This document shows, in pieces, positions 51,021 through 57,159 of a DNA stretch of 57,159 nucleotides. The position numbers were made by a program, and so were the translations under genes. Positions within the stretch are counted from its first letter, which is position 1. The number at the start of each line of letters is the position of its first letter. This stretch comes from Moniliella sp. 'wahieum' (taxonomy: Eukaryota), in contig RSEE01000148.1 in the NCBI GenBank assembly GCA_003971905.1, positions 62,001 through 119,159 of the forward strand, read 5' to 3'. The notes beneath the pieces were generated by a model. It was given only the letters and a program-made list of their open reading frames with translations, ran no database searches and was not told the DNA's origin.

Positions 51021-54000
51021 ATGGCCTCTCCGCGCCCTCGCCCGGCCTCCCGCCGCGTCCTCCAGCGCTGCCTCCAGCGACGAGCAGCCGCTCATCACCG
51101 CCTTCCCGCCCGCCCTGCCTTCCTCCGCATCCGCATCGGCGTCCGTGCCCGTGCCCGTGCCCCCCTGCCCGCGCCCACGCCCACAGCTGCGTCCGCCTCG
51201 GCACCCGCGTCCGCATCGGCCTCGCCCGGCGCGCCCAGCCCCGCGGACCAGCTCGCCCACCACCGCCGCATGGTCGCCACCAACATCAAGGCTGCGCGGC
51301 AGCGCTTCTACTCGGGCCCGCACACCACGTCTTCGCGCCAGTTCTGGACGCCGCCGAAGGACGAGCTGATCAAGCGCCGGCCAGCCAAGAACTGCGATGT
51401 GCGTACGGAGCACCACCCCGTGCACAAGTACCCGCGCATCAAGCCTGAGCCCTCGTTGCCCATGCACGAGATCCCCACTGCGCCTGCGCGTCGCCCCCCC
51501 CCCTCCTCTTCCTCCTCTTCCAAGCCTGCCGAGCGCCCCATGGGCATTCCTGAGGCCCCAGTGTTTTCCCCTCCCGCCGAGTTCGCCAACCCCATGCAGT
51601 ACATTCGCCAGATCGCCAGCCCGACCGGCGGCGACGCCGCCGCCTACGGGATCTGCAAGATCGTCCCCCCCGAAGGATGGGACATGAACTTTGTCCTGGA
51701 CAGCAGGTACGTTCATCTCTTCTATGTTCTTCCTTCTCCTCCCCCCCCCCCTCCATTTTTTTTCTCCTTAGGGAACGTTTCTGACCCTTTCGCCCCTGTT
51801 CATAGCGGTTCCGCTTCGCGACGCGTGTGCAGCGGCTCAGCGACCTGCCTGCTGAAGTGCGCACGGGCCAACACTACGTCCACCAACTGCACAAGTTCCA
51901 TGCCACCCGCTCCAGAGACTTTACCATCCCGATCCTGCGTGGCGAAGGGCTGGACCTGTACCGGCTCAAGGTACTCGTGCAGAACGGGGGCGGGTTTGAC
52001 GAGGTGTCACGGAACCGCCAATGGACCGACATTACGCGTAAACTCGGCTACCCTAAAAACGTCTCCAACCCGCTCTCTCAGCAGGTCAAGGTCTCGTACC
52101 GCAAAATCATCGCCCCGTACGAACTGTGGCGCGAAAAGATCCGGGCGGGCCAGACCCCGTTGCCAGAGGAGGGCGGGCTGACTTCCGTTGCCCCTGTTGC
52201 TGCTGCTGCTGCTCCTACTGCTACTGCCCCGCCCGCAGCGGCGGCAGTGGCGGAATCCGCAGGGTCGGGCGCGCCGCGCCGGGTAAGGGCACCGCAGGGC
52301 AAAGCGCACGGCAAGGCGCATGGCAAAGCGTCTCGCCACGTGGCCGCTGCGGCAGCGGCAGCGCCGGCGCGCAAGTCGTTGGACCTGGAGCACTTGTTCT
52401 GCACGCAATGTGGCAGTGGGGAAGATGCGGAGCACATGTTACTGTGTGACGACTGTGACCGCGGTTTCCACCTGTACTGTCTCTCGCCCAAGTGTGGAGT
52501 CGGTGCCGTACGGGAATGGTACTGCGACGAGTGTCTGGCAGTGCTCAAGGAAGACTTTGGGTTTAACGAGGGCGACACGCACTCGCTCTACTCGTTTTAC
52601 CGTCGGTCCGAGGAGTTTCGTCGTGCGTGGTGGACGCGTCATCCCAACCAGATCAGTGAGGGTGGCACGTCGTTACGCCAGCCGTTGCCGGGGTTGGTGT
52701 GTGTCCCGTCGAGGCGGATGTGGAGAATGAGTTTTGGCGCCTGACCAGCTCCAAGAAGGAGACGGTCGAGGTCGAGTATGGCGCGGACATCGATGCGGTT
52801 ATCCATGGTGGACCAGCGCCGACGCTCGAGTCGCACCCTCTCGACCGCATGCGCGCGATCCATGGAACCTCAACGTACTCCCGATGCTCGATGGAAGTCT
52901 GCTGCGCTACGTCCAGTCCGGCGTAGCGGGCATGACATCGCCATTCGTCTATGTCGGCATGCTGTTCGCCGCGTTCTGCTGGCACATGGAAGACCACTTT
53001 TCCTACTCGATCAATTACCAGCACTTTGGACATACCAAGACGTGGTACGGCGTGCCAGCCGCGCACGCAGAAAAGTTCCACCAGGCCGTGCAGAAGTACG
53101 CGCCCGACTTGCTCGAGGGCAACCCGGACATACTCTACCAACTCGTTACGCTCTTTAGCCCTGAACAGCTGCGCGCTGAAGGGGTGGACGTGTGCGCCGT
53201 CAACCAGCGCGCAGGCGAGTTTGTCGTCACGTTCCCCAAGGCCTTCCATGCTGGCTTCAACAACCACGGTTTCAACCTCAACGAGGCCGTCAACTTTGTC
53301 CTGCCCGACTGGATCGATATGGGCAGCGAGTGCGTACAGACCTACCGCCAAATCGTCCGGCAGCCAGCGTTTTCTCACGACCAGGTCCTCTGGGCCGCAG
53401 GCGTGTTCGACCTCACGTTCGACACGGCCTACTGGCTCCTCCCGCCACTCAAGGCGTTGGTCACGCACGAACTGCTCTGGCGCCAGCGGATGCGCCAACT
53501 CGCTCACGACCACCTACACTCACTTGTCGATGTCTGTGCACCAAGGGTAGAGGACGAAGTGCCACGGTTCTGCGCACTGTGCAAGTGCTCCACGTACCTC
53601 ACCTCGGTCGAGTTGGCAGACAACGACCCGCTGTTTGATGAAGCCCAACGGGCATTCTCCTCGTCTTCTTCTTCGTCCTCTCCTTCGTCTTCCCCCTCGG
53701 CCTCGCCTTCGGCCACGACGCCCCGCCTCACGTCCTGCATGGACATGCGCCCTGGGTCTTTGGCCTGCCCAGCTCCAAAAAGTTCCCCCCGCCCGGCGCG
53801 ATCGCACTCGCGACGTGGGAGCACTGGTCCTACACCCACCTCCCATCGCTGTACGCTCCCCTACGTCCGAACCCGCATCCGCATCCGCATCCTCATCTGG
53901 GTCGGCACCCAGCGTGCTATCTGGCCCACGCACCGTGGTGCTGAGGCAAGTCTACCCAGCGGCGTGCTGCGTCGGCAAGTTGCGGCGGTGGAAGCGCGTG

Positions 54001-57000
54001 CGCGGGTATCGCGTGCCTGGGTACGCCATTACCGTTCCGTGCTACAGGCTACACCGACACCGACGGTACAGCAGCTCCAGGCTTTGAGGGAACAAGCGCG
54101 TCGTGTTCCAGCGCACATCCTGAAGTCGCTCAGCTCACACGGTTCCTCCACCAAGTCGAGCGGTGGCGGCGCAAGGCTGCGCGCGTGATCTCGGCTAAAG
54201 GTAACCATCCTCGACTGTTCTTGCCCTTGCGCCAACGAACACGGGGCAGGGCAAAAGTGCAGCCAAAGGCGGAAAGGGTAAGGCCAAGACCGGCAGGGGC
54301 AAGCGCGTGCCAACAGTCGCTAGGGCCGAAGCGTTAGTGGCGTCAGGCACACAGTTACCTGTCGAGCTAGAGGAACTGACGCAGCTCCAACAACTCATCC
54401 CGCCCGCACAGCAACTGGAGCGTGAACTGGCCAAGTTCATCCACGTTGTCTGGGGCAGCCAGCCTGCGGAGCAAGACGCACAAGATACGAGTCCTGTCTC
54501 GCGCGAAGGGGCTAAAGGCTTAGTGCACAAATTGGCCCAACAACCGTTTGCCCTGCGTGGCGCAGCGCGCGTCGCTGCTTACCTCGCTCACACGTGGAAA
54601 GAAGAGGATGGGAAAGGGCTCGACCCGGCGATCGTACAGCTCTTCCAAAGTGGCTTGACGGAGGATGCTCCTCTGCAGGCCAATGGCCAGGGCGAGGATA
54701 AGCTCCAGGAAGTGGACCAGGAGCAGGAGCAGGAGCAGGACGATGATGAGGATGACGATGAGGATGATGAGGATGAGGATGATGACGATGACGATGTCGA
54801 TGAGGATGCGGCGGACGAGGGCCCGGGGGGTAAGCGGCTCGACCAGGCTCCGAAACGCGAGCGCGGTAAACTTCACTCTGGTGACGCCAAGCCAGAGCGG
54901 ACCAAACCTGCCAAAACCAAGTCGACACGTACCAAGTCGTCGTCGTCAGCAGCAGCATCAGTAGTAGCCCCTCTACCGCCCACTGCTACCGCCACCACCG
55001 ACAACGACGACAGGCACACCGACGACGACGACGACTCTGACGACTGGGCGACGCCGCTGCCGTCGGGGTGGCACCACCGGTGCTCGTGCCCGAGTCGCGC
55101 AACCACCCGGCCGGCACGTGGGCGGCCAAGGCCGAGGCGGCACTGGAAGAGCTGCCGATCACGCTGGCGCAGCTGCGGGCGCTGACGAGCGTGCCGGTCG
55201 CCGTGCTTACCGCTGCGCCGGGGGAGCTGCGGCGGGAAGTGGAGGACCGCCTGAGGGTCGTCACGTCGTTGGAGAAGGACATTATCCTGCTGACGGAGCA
55301 GGAGACAAGACCGCAGCGCGGTACTTGCGCGTGCCGTGTCGGGGCCCAGCCCATCGAGGAAAAGTCCTCCTGGACGCACGGCTGGGTGGCAAGCGCGCCT
55401 CGACGAGGCACGGGACATTGTCGACCGCGCCCATGCGCACGGCGTCACGTCCCCCTCGGTCCAGCGCGTCGAGGCAGCCCTAGCGCGCTCGGACGAGTGG
55501 CTCGCCACGGCTCTCGCGACGCTCACGGCACAGCTGCTGCCGTCCGCGTGTTTGCTGCGCCCGACGCGGCCGGCACGCTGCAGCGCTTTGCGGATCGCGT
55601 GCGCCTCGCGCTGCAGCACGACGCGGCCGAGACGGCCCCGCCGACGCTCTGCCCGCTCTGCACGCGTCTCGCGCCCGTCGTGCTGGACGGCGCGCAGGGC
55701 GTCGTGTGCCGCGTGTGCGACACGGCGTTCCACACGGCCTGCGCGCGCGGCGGGATGCTGGGCGACGCATCACCCTCGGCGGTGGTGCCAGGCACGCCGT
55801 ACGTGTGCGAAGTGTGCGATGGCGGTGCGCTACGACGGGTAGTGGGCGCGCGCACGGCGGTGCGCATGCCCGCTTTGGTGGACTTGGATGCGCGTGCGAG
55901 TCAGCAGTTTGGGTTGGACGTTAGTCCCCCTCAAGCGGAGCGTATGTTACGGTCCAAAGACGCGCTGCGTACACTCGCCCTCCCTCCTCCGGCGTTGTTC
56001 GTCGTTCGTCACTGCTCCATCCGCGCGTACTACTTTGGGTCGCGCGCTGCTGCGCTCGCGGCGTCGTTGCGCGCCATGCCTTTGCCTTCGTCCCTCGACC
56101 CGCCCACTGCGGGATCTACGGGACCCAGCTCGGGATCCACGTCCCGTAAACATCTCACCCACGTCCTTCGTCAGGCCCTGCTCTTGCCGTCGTGCTGCTC
56201 GACGGCGCGCCGCTGCCCGTCGCCGACGCGCTGGCCGCCGCGTTGCTCGGCGATCCGCAGCACCCCCATCCCCATCCCCATGCTCATCCGCATGCTCATG
56301 CACATGCTCATGCACACGCCCGCGCTCGCGCCGCCACGCTCTCCCCCCCCGTGGTGCGTGCGCCCAGCGCGATGGCCAGCTACGCCCCGGTGCCCAGCGT
56401 GGCGTGGGCACCGCGCGCACATAAGGCGCGTCTCGTGTTTGCTGAAGAGGCGATGAGCCATTTGGTATGTGTGTCTGCCAGGGACGCGGGCGGGGCGAGA
56501 CGGTTGGGTGTGGGTTGTGTGCGGTGCGGTTCCATTTGGCCTGTGTCCAGCGGCCTCGGGTACGGGAAGCGTCAGCACCGCCATGAGTACCGTCAACACC
56601 ATGCGTACTTTCAAGTCGTCGTGTTGTGTGTCCGTTGTGTTACCTCCGCAACGGCCACACTTACCCGTTCTTGCCCACCGTCGTGCTCCCCGCCCCGGCC
56701 CTCGCTCCCCCCCTCCTCTTCGACCGCCCCCGGCACCGCCACCGCCACGCCACCGCGACCACCACGGCGACCACCACGGCGACCGCGAGCAGTCCCACTG
56801 GCGCGTTCCCCCCACCGCCGCCGCCCGGAAGCCAGTGCGCGATCGACGTGCCGGCCACGCTGCGCTCCGACACGGAACCTGTTCTGGGCGGCTTGGTGCC
56901 CTGGGACCCGGCTCTCGTGCTCCACCTTACCCACTTTTCGCCCGCACAGGGATCCGCCACGGACCGCGCTGAGATGGTGTTGGACGAAGACTTGAGTCGC

Positions 57001-57036
57001 TTCTTGCCCTCCACCCGCATTCGCACCCGCCCTTGA
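51021..57036 (+). CDS. KDM5/JARID1-family H3K4 histone demethylase (JmjN-ARID-PHD-JmjC-C5HC2-PLU1-PHD)
   Basis: JmjN IPEAPVF...YGICKIVPPEGW, then intron 51707-51805. ARID LDLYRLKVLVQNGGGFDEV...WTDITRKLGY. PHD CTQC...LLCDDCDRGFHLYCL...WYCDEC. JmjC VEVEYGADI, PWNLNVLP, FCWHMEDH...KTWYGVP...FHAGFN with the H-E-H Fe ligands intact. Later C..C/CRVCDTAFHTAC...CEVC finger. Many frameshifts; 3' end approximate. Confidence 0.92.
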
Positions 57037-57159
57037 CTTCCTCCACGTCCATCTCGACTGCGAATGCGACGCGCGCAGCCTGGACCTCTCAGTCCCACAC
57101 CTACCGCCTCCGTTTCGGCTTCCGGTTCGGTCTCCGGTTCGGTTGGCCCGACCAAACGT

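Noticed and set aside
2313..57036. Frameshifts in ABD1, G-alpha, CBR1, SCOT, CCC2 and KDM5 read as mass pseudogenisation or programmed recoding
   Set aside because: They affect nearly all long genes, including a normally essential one. Catalytic motifs are intact, I saw no in-frame nonsense codons in the conserved blocks, and the breaks are single-base indels. This is the signature of unpolished long-read error.

Overview
GC-rich eukaryotic (fungal) nuclear DNA. It is most likely basidiomycete and Ustilaginomycotina-like; this is inferred from the intron-poor genes and the protein resemblances. The window holds about 11 host protein genes: a partial tandem-RRM protein, a CPYC glutaredoxin, an mRNA cap guanine-N7 methyltransferase, an arrestin-like protein, a secreted pepsin-like protease, a group I G-alpha, NADH-cytochrome b5 reductase, succinyl-CoA:3-oxoacid CoA transferase, a LURP-one-like protein, a Cu(+) P1B-ATPase, a DUF6533-like multi-pass membrane protein and a KDM5-type JmjC demethylase. 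It also holds an intron-containing tRNA-Pro(AGG) and one young, full-length Ty1/copia retrotransposon (159/160-bp LTRs, GCAGC target-site duplication) inside a ~16-kb stretch with no recognisable host genes. Almost every long gene carries 1-nt frameshifts, most simply explained as unpolished long-read indel errors, so gene models are reconstructed across frames. I found no clearly new multi-gene system. The most unusual signals are: (i) a recurrent family of intergenic 7-bp-period arrays made of different 6-bp palindromes joined so that each junction reads TGA/TCA; (ii) introns with distant branch points followed by long AG-free zones; (iii) a copia element with a non-TGG primer-binding site, an HTDD RT motif and twin AP-1/Gcn4 sites in a very short LTR.
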